Positions 29,802 through 42,000 of a stretch of 64,000 nt of DNA are shown here, piece after piece. Positions within the stretch are counted from its first letter, which is position 1. Every line of letters begins with the position of its first letter. The notes beneath the pieces were generated by a model. It did not search any database. It was given only the letters and a program-made list of their open reading frames with translations, and was not told the origin of the DNA. The position numbers were made by a program, and so were the translations under genes. Source of the DNA: an uncultured Hyphomicrobiales bacterium (GTDB taxonomy: Bacteria > Bacteroidota > Ignavibacteria > Kapaibacteriales > UBA2268); NCBI GenBank assembly GCA_964606895.1, contig CAZSHX010000017.1, positions 1,723 through 65,722 on the forward strand, written 5' to 3'.

Positions 29802-31298
29802 CTAACAAATAGTCTCTAATACGTTTATTCTATTTTGAAGAGGTTCTTCGATAACAGAAACGCTTGCATCAAGAATCGTAAATTCTGCTTTTTTGCCTAA
29901 AACAATTCCATATTCACTATCGTGAATTCCAAGAAATTCCTTGGGTGAAGTTGTAAAAGCAGTTATTGCTTCATCGGGAGAAAGAATTTCCTCGGGAAAC
30001 CATGGAATTTCTTCATTAAATGGCACTCTATGGATAAAAGCATCTAACCCAATGAGCGGATTATGAGATTCAATGGGGAAATCGGAACCACCGGCAATTT
30101 TGATATTATTACTTAGCAGTGTTTTCCAGAGATATGAGTTTTGGCATCTTTTCCCTATTCTTTTTTTTGCCATCGAATAGTCGCTTATGCAATGAATCGG
30201 CTGTACCGAACATAAAATATTGTTATCAGCAATTCTCTTGATATCTTCCGGATTAATCATTTGAGCATGTTCCAATCTGAGAATATCTTCAGTTTTAGCT
30301 ATTTTTTGATTTCTAAGCATTTGGTATGCTGACACAACCATTTTATTCGCATTGTCACCTATGGCATGAGTTGCAATCTGAAATCCATGTTCTACACCGA
30401 TTTTAGTTCTTTTGAACAGGGTTTCGCGATCAATCAGAAGTAATCCTCTCGATGATGGACTATCAGTATATGCGTCCAATAAGGATGCACTTCTGGAACC
30501 GAGAGCCCCATCTGCATAAAACTTTAGCCCTGTAATATTAAATTTATTCCCATAATATGGTTCGCTTATCGCTTTTGTCCAATCATCCTTTTGTGCTTTA
30601 ACATAAGCATGAACATGAACATTCAGCTGATTGTCATTATCAAGTTCCTTGAACAAAGGAATAAGTCTCGGGTCTAAATCCATATCATGAATATGAGTTA
30701 GTCCGTTCTTCTTCAATTCCTTTGTAGCATTTAGTATCATTTTTTTCAATTGGTCGGTAGAAAATTTCGGCATTTTATTAAATGCGATATCCATTGCATT
30801 GTCAAGCAAGATTCCTGTTGGGTTTCCGCTACCGTCCTTTAAAATCATCCCACCTTTGGGATTAGCAGAAGTTCTGCCGATGCCGCATATTTGCATAGCT
30901 TTTGAATTAACCCAAGCTGAATGACCATCAACTCTAACGAAATAGCATGGTACATCAGGGAAGTATTTATCAAGAATTTTTGCAGTCGGCAATTCATTTT
31001 TCTTCCATTTTTCATGATTCCACCCTCTTCCAAAAACCCAGGTACCCCGGAATGATGGCTTTTTAAAGGCTTTCTCGGCACACTCTTCAGCAGATTTAGC
31101 TTTTTCGAAATTTGTAACATTGAGCATGATTCCAAGCCCGGCAATATGACCGTGAGAATCAGCAAACCCCTGATATGCATATGCATTTGGATAAAAAATA
31201 TTTTCGCCGTCAATACTAACAGAAACACCGTTTTCCAAGGGTTCAATTTTAGTAATTAGTCCGTTGTTTATTTCAAACTTTGCTCTAACCGGTTTCAT
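29802..31298 (-). CDS. Amidohydrolase family metal-dependent hydrolase (Amidohydro_3/YtcJ-like)
   Basis: FADSHGH metal-binding motif near the N-terminus, HAIGD, and C-terminal GSDFP motif. Confidence 0.75.
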   Translation of the reverse strand: MKPVRAKFEINNGLITKIEPLENGVSVSIDGENIFYPNAYAYQGFADSHGHIAGLGIMLNVTNFEKAKSAEECAEKAFKKPSFRGTWVFGRGWNHEKWKKNELPTAKILDKYFPDVPCYFVRVDGHSAWVNSKAMQICGIGRTSANPKGGMILKDGSGNPTGILLDNAMDIAFNKMPKFSTDQLKKMILNATKELKKNGLTHIHDMDLDPRLIPLFKELDNDNQLNVHVHAYVKAQKDDWTKAISEPYYGNKFNITGLKFYADGALGSRSASLLDAYTDSPSSRGLLLIDRETLFKRTKIGVEHGFQIATHAIGDNANKMVVSAYQMLRNQKIAKTEDILRLEHAQMINPEDIKRIADNNILCSVQPIHCISDYSMAKKRIGKRCQNSYLWKTLLSNNIKIAGGSDFPIESHNPLIGLDAFIHRVPFNEEIPWFPEEILSPDEAITAFTTSPKEFLGIHDSEYGIVLGKKAEFTILDASVSVIEEPLQNRINVLETIC

Positions 31299-32653
31299 TA
31301 GAATCCCATATCAATCAAATTTTTAATAATATCTTCTGTAAATATATTTTCTGAGCTTCCGTACCATTTATCATTTGGAATTAATAGCAGTGAACCAAAG
31401 CTTGAAGGATTTTTGGGGTCAAACGATGAACTGCAGATTGTTGTCTCTTCTTCAGGTCTGAATTCATTGTCAATATCATGATAAACGACAGTAAAACCAA
31501 TTTCAGTAGTTTTAGTATCAACAGGTGCACTTTCGTATCCAAAGAATGCAAAAGGAATTCTGAACTTCAGAATATAACCATCTTCTTTTAAAGAACTTAT
31601 CGCTTTGATTTTTTTTACTGCATTTTTCTGAAAACTTTCCAAATCCTCACTGGAGCTAACATCCTTCACAAAGGCAAATTTTTCAAGAAAATTTCCGGGA
31701 TATACTTTTATGCAGAATATACTTGCACCTTTATCTTTATCACGGAAAATTAATTTATCCCCTGATTTTTTCAAAAACCTCGATTCCGTCTTCAACGGAG
31801 TAACATCGAACCATGCTTCAAAATAATCTGCCGAGCAATTGTCACAATTCAATGGAATAAAAAAATCATCCTTAACACGCAGAGTTAAATATAAATACTC
31901 GCTGTCGTAAGCAGATTTAATTGTAAATGAAGCATCGTCGCTACCTTTCCAATAATAAGCCCCTTTAGTAACAAAATCAATTTTGTCAACAATTGCTTCT
32001 GATGGAAAACCCCTGAAAATCTGCCTGCCGCGGGAATATGAAGGTACGGAAACATAATTGACCTGAAACTTTATATCATTTTTATTTGTAGAAACATACT
32101 TTTCTCCCCTTTGCAGTTTATCAAAGTTATCATAAGTTTCATGAGTGAATTTATCTAATTTTTCAGTAGTGAACTGGTCAATCAAATTAATATTGCCGTT
32201 ATCGAACCTGTAACCTTTGATTTCCCAGTTGAATTGTTTAAACTTCTTTGTAACAAAACAAGTGTTTTGTTTGATAATAATTCCGATTTCAAGTGGCAAC
32301 TCGAAATATTCGTAAGACATTTGAGAAACCTCTGTCAAATAGCCGTCAATGTCAACAAACATATAAACCTGAACAATTTTTCGATTATCAGCGGCAATTT
32401 TAACTGTAAACGCAACATCATAATTTCCATCACCGGAAAAATCTCCGGCATCCCATCCCCATATAGAATAATTGCTTCCTTGAGGAAGTCGTTTTTCCAA
32501 ATCGGCAATTAATTCGGAATCAAAATAAGGTTCAAGTCTTTTTGAAAATTCAGGAAATTTCATACCTCCCTGGGAATATACAGAAAGAGTAAAAAGAAAA
32601 AAAATAATAACCTTATTAACTATATTTATTTTCAATTGATTATTTATTGTCAT
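31298..32653 (-). CDS. Secreted hypothetical protein
   Basis: Signal peptide (IIFFLFTLSVYSQ); 451 aa; no recognised motif. Confidence 0.4.
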   Translation of the reverse strand: MTINNQLKINIVNKVIIFFLFTLSVYSQGGMKFPEFSKRLEPYFDSELIADLEKRLPQGSNYSIWGWDAGDFSGDGNYDVAFTVKIAADNRKIVQVYMFVDIDGYLTEVSQMSYEYFELPLEIGIIIKQNTCFVTKKFKQFNWEIKGYRFDNGNINLIDQFTTEKLDKFTHETYDNFDKLQRGEKYVSTNKNDIKFQVNYVSVPSYSRGRQIFRGFPSEAIVDKIDFVTKGAYYWKGSDDASFTIKSAYDSEYLYLTLRVKDDFFIPLNCDNCSADYFEAWFDVTPLKTESRFLKKSGDKLIFRDKDKGASIFCIKVYPGNFLEKFAFVKDVSSSEDLESFQKNAVKKIKAISSLKEDGYILKFRIPFAFFGYESAPVDTKTTEIGFTVVYHDIDNEFRPEEETTICSSSFDPKNPSSFGSLLLIPNDKWYGSSENIFTEDIIKNLIDMGF

Positions 32654-32664
32654 TTAATGTAATA

Positions 32665-33657
32665 TTAACTAAATTTAACAAGCACTTTATTTATCAATTC
32701 TTTATGGTTTTCTTTCAGCCTTGCACCCATTTGGGAAACAACTCTTGCGGCTGAATAAGAAGCTATGTGTCCGGCTTTCTCAGCTGAACCTTCGTAAAGT
32801 AAACCGTATAAGAATCCACCTGCAAAGATGTCTCCTGCTCCAGTGGAGTCAATCGGTTTGGCGGGATATGCCGGAATTTTATAAGTTTTTCCTTCGAATC
32901 TAATCATTGAACCATTTGCTCCTAACGTCATAACAACATTAGGACATGCTTCAGCTAATTTTGTAAAAGCATCTTCAAGATTTTCACATTTTGTAAAAGC
33001 TTTAGCTTCATTTTCATTACAAAAAATTAAATCTGAATTTGCTACAACCTTTTCAACTTCCTCTCTGAAAAATTCAACTACAAAAACATCCGAAAAAGTG
33101 AATGATATTTTAGTATTGTTAATTTTTGCAATTTCAATTGCTTTAAACACTGCATCTGCACTTGACTCAGCGGTAAGTTTGTAACCTTCCAGATAAATCC
33201 ATTCACTTCGTTTTATTAAATCTTCATTTATGTGTTCCCTGATAAATAATGCTGATGCACCGAGATGAGTATTCATAGTTCGTTCTGAATCGGGAGTTAT
33301 CAAAACCAGACAAGTTCCAGTCGGCTCTTCAGTAAGAAATTCAGTCGAAAGTTCAATTCCAAGCTCTTTGAATTCGTCTGCATAATGCTTGCCGAAGTCA
33401 TCATTTCCCAACGTTGTTTGGTAAGCAGATTTTCCGCCAAACTGAGCAAATGCAATTATGGTATTTGCCGCAGAGCCGCCGCTGGACTTATTGAATTTGA
33501 GATTTCCGACAGAGCTGATCATTTCAGCCTGACTTTCAGCACTTACAAGCCTCATTTCACCTTTATTCAATCCAAACTTAACTAAATGTTCATCATCTAC
33601 TTCATATTGCAAATCAAGTAAACCGTTTCCTAAACCACAAAGTTTAATATCTTTCAT
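32665..33657 (-). CDS. PfkB family carbohydrate/nucleoside kinase (adenosine kinase-like)
   Basis: PfkB signatures GGSAANTI (N-terminal) and DSTGAGDIFAGGF (C-terminal). Confidence 0.8.
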   Translation of the reverse strand: MKDIKLCGLGNGLLDLQYEVDDEHLVKFGLNKGEMRLVSAESQAEMISSVGNLKFNKSSGGSAANTIIAFAQFGGKSAYQTTLGNDDFGKHYADEFKELGIELSTEFLTEEPTGTCLVLITPDSERTMNTHLGASALFIREHINEDLIKRSEWIYLEGYKLTAESSADAVFKAIEIAKINNTKISFTFSDVFVVEFFREEVEKVVANSDLIFCNENEAKAFTKCENLEDAFTKLAEACPNVVMTLGANGSMIRFEGKTYKIPAYPAKPIDSTGAGDIFAGGFLYGLLYEGSAEKAGHIASYSAARVVSQMGARLKENHKELINKVLVKFS

Positions 33658-33690
33658 TTTCTAATTCTTTTCATTTATTATTTTTAAAGT

Positions 33691-34707
33691 TTAATCTTCC
33701 AAAGCAAGTTGAATAATTTTTTCGCATAAATCAGGGAATTCAATTCCTACTTCCTTTGCTGCCATCGGAACAAGACTTGTTGCGGTAAAACCGGGTATTG
33801 TGTTGATTTCCATCAAGAAAGGCTGACCGTCTTCATTAAGTCTGAAATCCGATCTTGCAAATCCCGAACAACCCAAAGAAACAAATGATGATACGGCAAG
33901 ACTTTGTGCAAAATCGGCAATATCCTCTGTAATTTCTGCTGGGCAAACATATTCGGTATGTCCCTTAGAATATTTATGTTTATAATCGTAAAATCCATCT
34001 TGCGGTACTATTTCAATAACAGGTAAAGCCTCTTCACCAATAACACCGACAGTGATTTCTCTTCCTTCAATAAATTGTTCAACAAGAACAAGTCTGGAAT
34101 ATTCTGAAGCTAACTTTATTCCATGAAAAATCCCGTCAAGATTTCCGTCTTCGACTATAGTAACTCCAATTGAGGAGCCTTGGTTATTTGGTTTAATGAC
34201 CAAATGGTCGCCTAATTCTGAACGAATTTCCTTGAAAAAATCATAATTATCATAATCCGGCTGACGGACATTCACCCAAGGCGGTGTTGGAATTCCGGAA
34301 GCCATGAAAAGCATTTTCGAAGCGTTCTTATCCATCCCGATTGCACTTGCTTTTACTCCGCTTCCCGTATATGGAACTCCGCGAATTTCAAGCAAAGACT
34401 GAATTCTGCCGTCTTCACCATATTTACCATGAAGAACAATAAATGCAACATCAACAGTATCAAAAATATCGGAATTGATACAGTCAATAATCTTTTTGGG
34501 GTTATATTGCTTTAATTCATCAAAGGAAGGGTAAGTTGAAGGATTAGCAATCACACCTTCAGAAAGATGAATATCAACCCCGAAAGCAGGGTCAACTGGT
34601 ATAACATTATGTCCTTTGCTTCTCAAAGCTTCAATAACTGCTCTACCACCATTTATGGATACATTTCTCTCGCTGGATATTCCACCGAATAATACTGCTA
34701 TGTTCAT
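33691..34707 (-). CDS. ddl: D-alanine--D-alanine ligase
   Basis: MNIAVLFGGISSERNVSINGGRAV... N-terminal Ddl motif; ATP-grasp core; 338 aa. Confidence 0.9.
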   Translation of the reverse strand: MNIAVLFGGISSERNVSINGGRAVIEALRSKGHNVIPVDPAFGVDIHLSEGVIANPSTYPSFDELKQYNPKKIIDCINSDIFDTVDVAFIVLHGKYGEDGRIQSLLEIRGVPYTGSGVKASAIGMDKNASKMLFMASGIPTPPWVNVRQPDYDNYDFFKEIRSELGDHLVIKPNNQGSSIGVTIVEDGNLDGIFHGIKLASEYSRLVLVEQFIEGREITVGVIGEEALPVIEIVPQDGFYDYKHKYSKGHTEYVCPAEITEDIADFAQSLAVSSFVSLGCSGFARSDFRLNEDGQPFLMEINTIPGFTATSLVPMAAKEVGIEFPDLCEKIIQLALED

Positions 34708-34931
34708 TTTTTTAAACCTGATTTATTATAATACAAAAAAATTTTCTAATATTAACTTTAAAGAAATTGCTTTATTGCTTTATTAAAAGTACAATAATTT
34801 TAATTTTTCATTCTGAGCCTATCGAAGAATCTATTCCAACTACCACTTTTAGATTCTTCCACTTCACTTCGTTTCGTGTCAGAATGACAAATTTCACTAC
34901 TGAGGAAAAACTAACTGAAACGTTTTTTCTT

Positions 34932-35738
34932 TTATTCATTCACTTTATTCTTCAAAAACTCATCATACATCCTTCTTAACGATTTTACATCCTCCCAAGT
35001 TTCACGTTTCCAGTTCGGATTTCTCAAAAGAGCTGCAGGATGATAGGTAACAAGCATTTTTATACCGTGATAATTCAGTATTTTGCCACGTGTTTCGCCC
35101 ATTTTATGTTTCGTTTTCAAAAGAGTATCAACCGCAGTCAATCCGAGTGCAAGAATAAAAGCGGGTTTAATCAGTTCAATCTGCTTTTTCAGATACGGCT
35201 CGCACTCATCAACTTCAGAAGAAACCGGAGTTCTGTTCTGAGGCGGTCGGCATTTTAAAATATTGCAAATAAAAACTTCATCTCTGGTCAAATTGATTGC
35301 TTCAAGAATTTTAGTTAACAGCATACCGGCACGACCGACAAACGGTAGTCCCTGAGCATCTTCGTCAGCACCGGGAGCTTCACCGATAACCATTATATCT
35401 GCATTCGGATTACCACTTCCAAAAACAAAATTATGTCTTGTTTCGCCAAGAAGACAATTTTTGCAATTCTCAATTTTCTCTTTTAGTTCTTGAATTGTCA
35501 TTGCCGATTTCCAATCCGGTAAAGGCTCAAATAAATCCATTTCATCATCAATCACAATATTTTTCTTTTCTTTTGGATGTACTTCTGCAATGACGTTTAA
35601 TGATTCATCTTTCTTCAAAGAATCAAAAAAAATGACATCACCAAACTGCTCTTGCTGTTTCATGTAGCTTTCGATTTTGTCGTATATATTTTTTTCCAGC
35701 ATATTTTCCTTGAGTTCTACTTGACTGTAAGAATGCAA
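34932..35738 (-). CDS. Uracil-DNA glycosylase, family 4, with N-terminal extension
   Basis: GEAPGADEDAQGLPFVGRAGMLL...ICNILKCRPPQNRTP family-4 UDG motifs including Fe-S cysteines. Confidence 0.85.
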   Translation of the reverse strand: MHSYSQVELKENMLEKNIYDKIESYMKQQEQFGDVIFFDSLKKDESLNVIAEVHPKEKKNIVIDDEMDLFEPLPDWKSAMTIQELKEKIENCKNCLLGETRHNFVFGSGNPNADIMVIGEAPGADEDAQGLPFVGRAGMLLTKILEAINLTRDEVFICNILKCRPPQNRTPVSSEVDECEPYLKKQIELIKPAFILALGLTAVDTLLKTKHKMGETRGKILNYHGIKMLVTYHPAALLRNPNWKRETWEDVKSLRRMYDEFLKNKVNE

Positions 35739-36004
35739 AATTACAAAAATAATAAAATGGAATTTTACAAAAATTTAAAAAATATCAAAAGAATATTGTA
35801 AAAATGTGAATATTTTGACTTCTTTTTAACTTTTTATGCCTTTCGGCTTTCAAAATTTTAAAAAAATTTATAAATTGTATTTCTATATATACCTATTTAA
35901 TAATAAGTTAAATTAGGAAAAATAGTTTGAATCATTATAATAACTTTCAGATGAAAGGTTTCTGCTTATAAAAGTTGGAAATTTATCATCCAAATTAGTT
36001 ATTA

Positions 36005-39000
36005 ATGAATAAAATTTTGAAAAATATTTACAAAATAAAACAGGATTCTGATATGTCAGTAATTTTACGTAGAAAACTAATGATGCTCATTGTTTTTGCT
36101 GTGCTATTTTCGGCAAACAATGCTTTTTCTCAATTATACACTTCGGTAACAGGCACAACATTTTGTGCAGGTTCCGAGATAAGTGTCAGCTGGGCAGTAG
36201 ATTACGCCTTCAATGTTAACAATGTCTTCACTGTGCAGTTATCAAGTTCCACCGGAAGTTTTGCAAATCCGGTTGTACTTGGTACTTACCCGGGCAGAGT
36301 AAGTTCAACAGTAAACGTTGCCACTCCTACCAACACAGGATACGGAACCTCGTACAGAATACGAACAATAGCTTCTGATCCCCAAGTTACAGGAACCAGC
36401 AATGGTAGTAATCTTACGATTAACCCTTTACCAACTCCTTCAATTAGCGGTAATTTCAGTATCTGTGACGATAACAGGACTCAAACCTACACAACACCAT
36501 CAGTCAGCGGTGTAACTTACCAATGGACTATAACCGGCGGTTCAATAAACGGTTCCTCAACAAGTAATTCTGTTTCAGTTACCTGGAGTGGAAACAGCGG
36601 AACATTGACAATTAGCGAAACATTCACGGCTACGGGTTGCACAGCGTCATCTTCCCAGAATACTATAGTAAATTCTTTGCCCAATCCTTCAATCAGCGGA
36701 AATACAACCGTTTGTGCAAGCAGTACTCAAACTTACACTGCACCGACTGTATCCGGAGTTAATTACCAATGGTCAGCTACAGGAGGGTCAATTTCCGGTT
36801 CATCAACCAACCCATCGGTTTCTGTAACTTGGGGTAGTGGAACAACAGGGTCAATCAGAATAACTGAAACTATCTCAGCTACCGGTTGCACAGCATCGTC
36901 AACTCAGAATATTAATATAAATCCATTACCAAATCCAACGATAAGCGGCACTTTTTCACCATGCTACAATTCTACATCCAGTTACTCCACATCTTTAGTA
37001 TCAGGAAATACTTATCAATGGGTTGTAACAGGTGGTACCATTAATGGCAGTTCCTCATCAAATTCTGTTTTAATAACTTGGAATTCTACTTCAGGTTCAT
37101 TAAGTCTGACTGAAACTATAACGGCTACCGGCTGTAATAAAACAGTTAACCAAAGCATTACAATCAATCCGCTTCCTACCCCTTCAATCAGCGGTACCTT
37201 TACTTTTTGCGACGACAATAGAACACAGACCTATTCTACTCCTTCTGTTTCAGGGGTTGCATATCAATGGTCAGTAAGCGGCGGAACAATTAACGGAAGT
37301 TCATCTACAAATACTGTTTCAATTTCGTGGTCGGCTAATTCCGGAACTGTTTCAATTTTGGAAACAATTTCTGCAACCGGATGTACGGCTTCAACTTCTC
37401 GCAATATTAATGTTAATCCTATTCCTAATCCAAGTATCTCAGGAACATTCAGTGTCTGTGCCACGAGCGTACAAACATATTCTACTCCTTCTCAAAGTGG
37501 TAATACATATCAATGGTCTTCCGCAGGAGGAACTATTTCCGGTTCATCAACCTCAAATACTGTGTCAGTAACATGGAGTTCTGCCAGTACAGGAAGTATT
37601 AGAGTCGTTGAAACGATACCATCAACCGGATGTGCAACAACAAGAACTCAAAATATTACAATAAATCCATTGCCGACTCCATCAATTAGCGGTATTTTCG
37701 TTTTTTGTTCGGATCAGGCAATACAGAATTATACCACAACCCCCGTTACAGGAGTTACTTATAATTGGACGGTTACCGGCGGTACAATTGTTGGATCGTC
37801 AAGCAACAATACTGTTAGAATTTTATGGCAGGCCGCTTCTGGCTCGGTTAGATTAACTGAAACAGTAAATGCGACATTATGTGCAGCATCATCCTCACAA
37901 AATATTACAATGAATTATGTCCCCAATCCCCAGATTAGCGGGACATTTGTTGTGTGTGCTGATAACAGGACTCAAACTTATGTAGCTAACTATAATTCTA
38001 ATTACACCTACAACTGGACAGTGGACGGTGGAACTATTAACAGCAATTTGGGTAGTACAATCAATATTACAATAATAGGTTCATCCTGTGCTATAAATCT
38101 TCAGGAAACCGATATTTTTACTGGCTGTACTTCGTTTACTTCGGCAAATGTTATTGTTAACCCTTTACCGACTCCTGATATAAGCGGCAACACCACCGTC
38201 TGTGCCACCTCAACTCAAACATATTCCACACCTTCAGTTAGTGGAGTTACTTATCAATGGTCTGTCACCGGAGGCACGATAAACGGTTCAACAACTAATA
38301 ATCAGGTAAACATTACTTGGAGCAATAGTCTGAACGGTACTGTAACAGTTCGTGAAGTCATTACTGCAACAGGTTGCGAAAAAACAGTTTCCAAAAATAT
38401 TATTATAAATGCATTACCACCTGCTGAAATATCAGGGAATTTCTCAATTTGTACCGACAATAGATCTCAGGTGTATAATGCTGTTCAAACTGAAGGTGAT
38501 ACCTATCAATGGTCTGTCACCGGAGGTTCAATTGTTGGCTCTTCAACAACCTACCAGTTGACTGTAAATTGGACTGCAAATACCGGGTCTGTAAATTTAA
38601 CTGAAGTTGTAACTGAAACAGGCTGTTCAAAAACTACGTCACATCAGATAGTTGTAAATCCATTACCAAATCCAAATATTAGTGGAAACTTTGAAGTTTG
38701 CAGAAATAGAACTGAATATTATCAGGCAAATGAGAATTCCGATTATTCTTACAACTGGTCAGTAAACGGCGGTTCGATAGTAGGCTCTTCAAATGGTAGC
38801 TCTGTTCTGATTACATGGGGTTCGGCAAGTGGTTCAATAAACTTGGTAGAAACCATTAATTCAACCGGATGTACGGCTTCAACTACGCAATCCGTTATAA
38901 TTAGCGACGGAACTGCACCGGATTTCACTGGAGCTCTGAGTGTTTGCGAATATACAACACATAATTATTCAACACCATCTAACCCAGGTAGAACTTATCA

Positions 39001-42000
39001 ATGGTCAGTTGAACAAGGAACCATTAACGGTTCTTCGACAGCTAATTCGGTTTCCGTTTCTTGGAATAACGTTGATGGTTCGGTTAAACTTACCGAAACC
39101 AACACAAATACAGGTTGCACCAACTTTATTTCCAAAAATATATCTGTCAATCCTTTACCTACACTACACATTGAAGGCAATTTTTCATTATGTGCAGATA
39201 GTCAGACTCAAGACTATTCAGTACCAGAAGATGCATCAAAAACTTTTGTTTGGTCAATTACCGGAGGAACAATAAACGGTTCTTCAACGAATAATCAGGT
39301 TAATGTAACATGGACTCAGGACGGAGGATACTTATATTTAACAGAGACAGTTAGTAATACCGGATGCTCCGGAATAGACAGCCAGAAAGTTTATATAAAT
39401 TCATTACCAACACCTGAAATTGATGGTAGTTTTGTGGTCTGTGCAAATAGTACAGAAAATTATTCAACTCCAAATGTTAAGGATGTTACTTATCAATGGT
39501 CTGTTATGGGTGGTTCAATAAATGGCTCTTCGACTAATGAAAATGTATCCGTATCATGGACAACCGAGCAAGGTTCTATTACTTTAGTTCAGGTGATTGA
39601 AGCTACAGGTTGCTCTGCCTCAGTTACAACAAGCGTACTTGTTAATCCACTACCGTCATTTGAAATTAGCGGTGATTTGAGTGTATGTGCAAAGAGTATT
39701 CAGACATATACAACTCCTGAAATTTCTGACATCAAATACTTTTGGGAGGTTGTTGGTGGCACCATAATCGGAGACTCCACTCAAAACACTGTAACTGTTA
39801 ATTGGGGAAGTGGTACTAACGGAAAAATAAAATTAACTGAATCTGTCATTTCAACAGGTTGTACATCATATTTATCCTATGACGTGACAATTAATCCTCT
39901 TCCAACCCCAGCAATTTCAGGATTAGATTCTGTATGTTTAAAAAGTATTCAGGATTATTCCACCGGTCCAACTCCCGGAGTTACTTATAATTGGGTAGCC
40001 CACGGTGGAACAATACTTGGTTCTCAAACCTTACCCAATATTTCTGTAAGATGGACTGATACTACTGCCAGATTAATTCTTACCGAAACTATTCTCGCTA
40101 CCGGATGTGTTGATTCTATTGTTCAAATCATTAGTATTAATTTACTTCCAACTCCCGTAATCGCTGGCAATTTCAAGACTTGTGCTTTAGCCAATGAGAA
40201 TTATTCGGTTGCAGAAAAATCAGGCAATCAATATGTTTGGACGGTCACTCATGGAACAATTACAGGTTCAAACAGACAGAGCAAAATTAATGTAAACTGG
40301 ACAAGTGACAGTGCTGGGACTTTATCTGTTATCCAAACTGTTACAGCAACAGGGTGTGTTGACTCGGCTTTTCAAAATGTCCGGATTAATCCTTTACCGA
40401 CTCCGACCATAACAGGAACTAATCTTAATTGTGTGAGTAATGCTATAAGCATCCCCTATACGACCCCAACAATACCCGGAAGAACAAACAGATGGTCAGT
40501 TATGGGTGGTACAATTGACGGAAGTTCAGTTGGGAATCAAGCTTTTGTATTTTGGTTAAATGCCGGAAATAACTCAATCACCGTAACACAAACAGTTGAT
40601 TCAACCGGTTGCTCGCAATCCTTCACTTATTATGTTACGGTTAAGGATGTGCCAAAACCTTTCATTAAAGGAAAGCTCGAAACTTGTGTTAATACCACTG
40701 AAACTTATAGTGCTACTTATAATCCGACTGTTGCTTATGCATGGACTGCTAACGGAGGTAATATCATTGGAAAAACAGACAGTACCGTTGTCGTTGTTAA
40801 TTGGGTTGCTCAGGACCAAGGTACTTTGAAACTACAAATAACTGATAACACTACCGGTTGCAAGAACTATGTTTCGCAGGACGTTACACTCAACAGACTA
40901 CCCAAAGTCAATCTTTCGGGTGTATTTAAAGCATGTAGTGAAAAAGAGTACATATATTCACTTGTTGACACAATGAATGCAAATGTTTCATGGACCGTTG
41001 AAGACGGAACCATTATCGGCTATAAATCTGTAACCTCTCTGATTATTAAATGGGACAGAGTATCTTATGGAAAAGTTACTGCCAAAGTAACAAACAAAAA
41101 AACAGGTTGCGTAAATTCTCAAACTTTTATTGTCAACTTGTTCACTTCTCCAAAAGCACTATTTTCCGGTCCGACTTCAATCTGTCAGGGTACAAAGGCA
41201 GTTTATACAGCCGATACAACTGCAGGAGTAACATACGCGTGGGATGTTTACGGCAGTCAGCAGGTGAAGCATTTATCGCAGGGAAAAATCGAAGTTACAT
41301 GGACTGACGCTGTTACCGGTAAAGTTTCACTTACAGCTATTAGCGGTTCAACCTGCACGACTGTTTTATCTCAGGATGTAAAAGTATTTCCTGCTCCTCA
41401 GCCAATTATAATAGGCGATTCAGCAATATGCCAAAATGTTAAAACAACATATACGACTAACGACCAGTCCGGTTTGAACTTTAAATGGACAGTAACGAAT
41501 GGTTCAATTGTTGGTGCCGATAATTCAAAAACAGTAGATGTTATCTGGACTAATAAAGGTCAGGGTACTGTTAGTTTATCTCAAACTTTTGCCGAAACCG
41601 CATGTTTAACAAAAATTTCAAAACAGGTTGAAGTTTATGAAAAACCTGCAAAACCTGTTATTTCTCAAAGTGTTAACATCCTAAATTCTTCTTCCTCAAC
41701 CGGAAATCAATGGTTTGAAAACGGAACTAAAATAAATGGTTCAACTGCTCAGAGTTTCAGCCCGAATCATTCAGGCGAATTCAGCGTTCAGGTCATCAAT
41801 GCAAATGGTTGTGTATCTGATATGTCCGATACATTCAAATTCCAATATACAGGCGTTGAAGATGCTATAAACTCAGCAAGCGGTCTTGAGATTTCGGGTT
41901 CTCCGAACCCTGCTATTGACAAGGTCATTATTACTTACAGAAATGAAGCAGATGGCATTTTAAGGATTGAGTTGCATAATGTTCTCGGAATTGCTGTTAA

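Noticed and set aside
30845-31246. 133-aa minus-strand ORF nested in the amidohydrolase gene
   Set aside because: An alternative frame inside a gene with clear amidohydrolase motifs. Spurious.
37015-39275. Several 60-110-aa ORFs (37015..37218, 37264..37464, 38998..39180 minus strand; 38940..39275 plus strand) inside the giant adhesin gene
   Set aside because: They are antisense or out-of-frame shadow ORFs inside a strongly supported 2044-aa coding frame, and their repeat-derived composition mirrors the repeats. No independent coding evidence.
36424-41640. Possibility that the regular ~249-bp periodicity is a CRISPR array
   Set aside because: The repeats are contiguous coding modules of one long ORF with no unique spacers, and they diverge from one another. 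CRISPR repeats are short, near-identical and separated by spacers.
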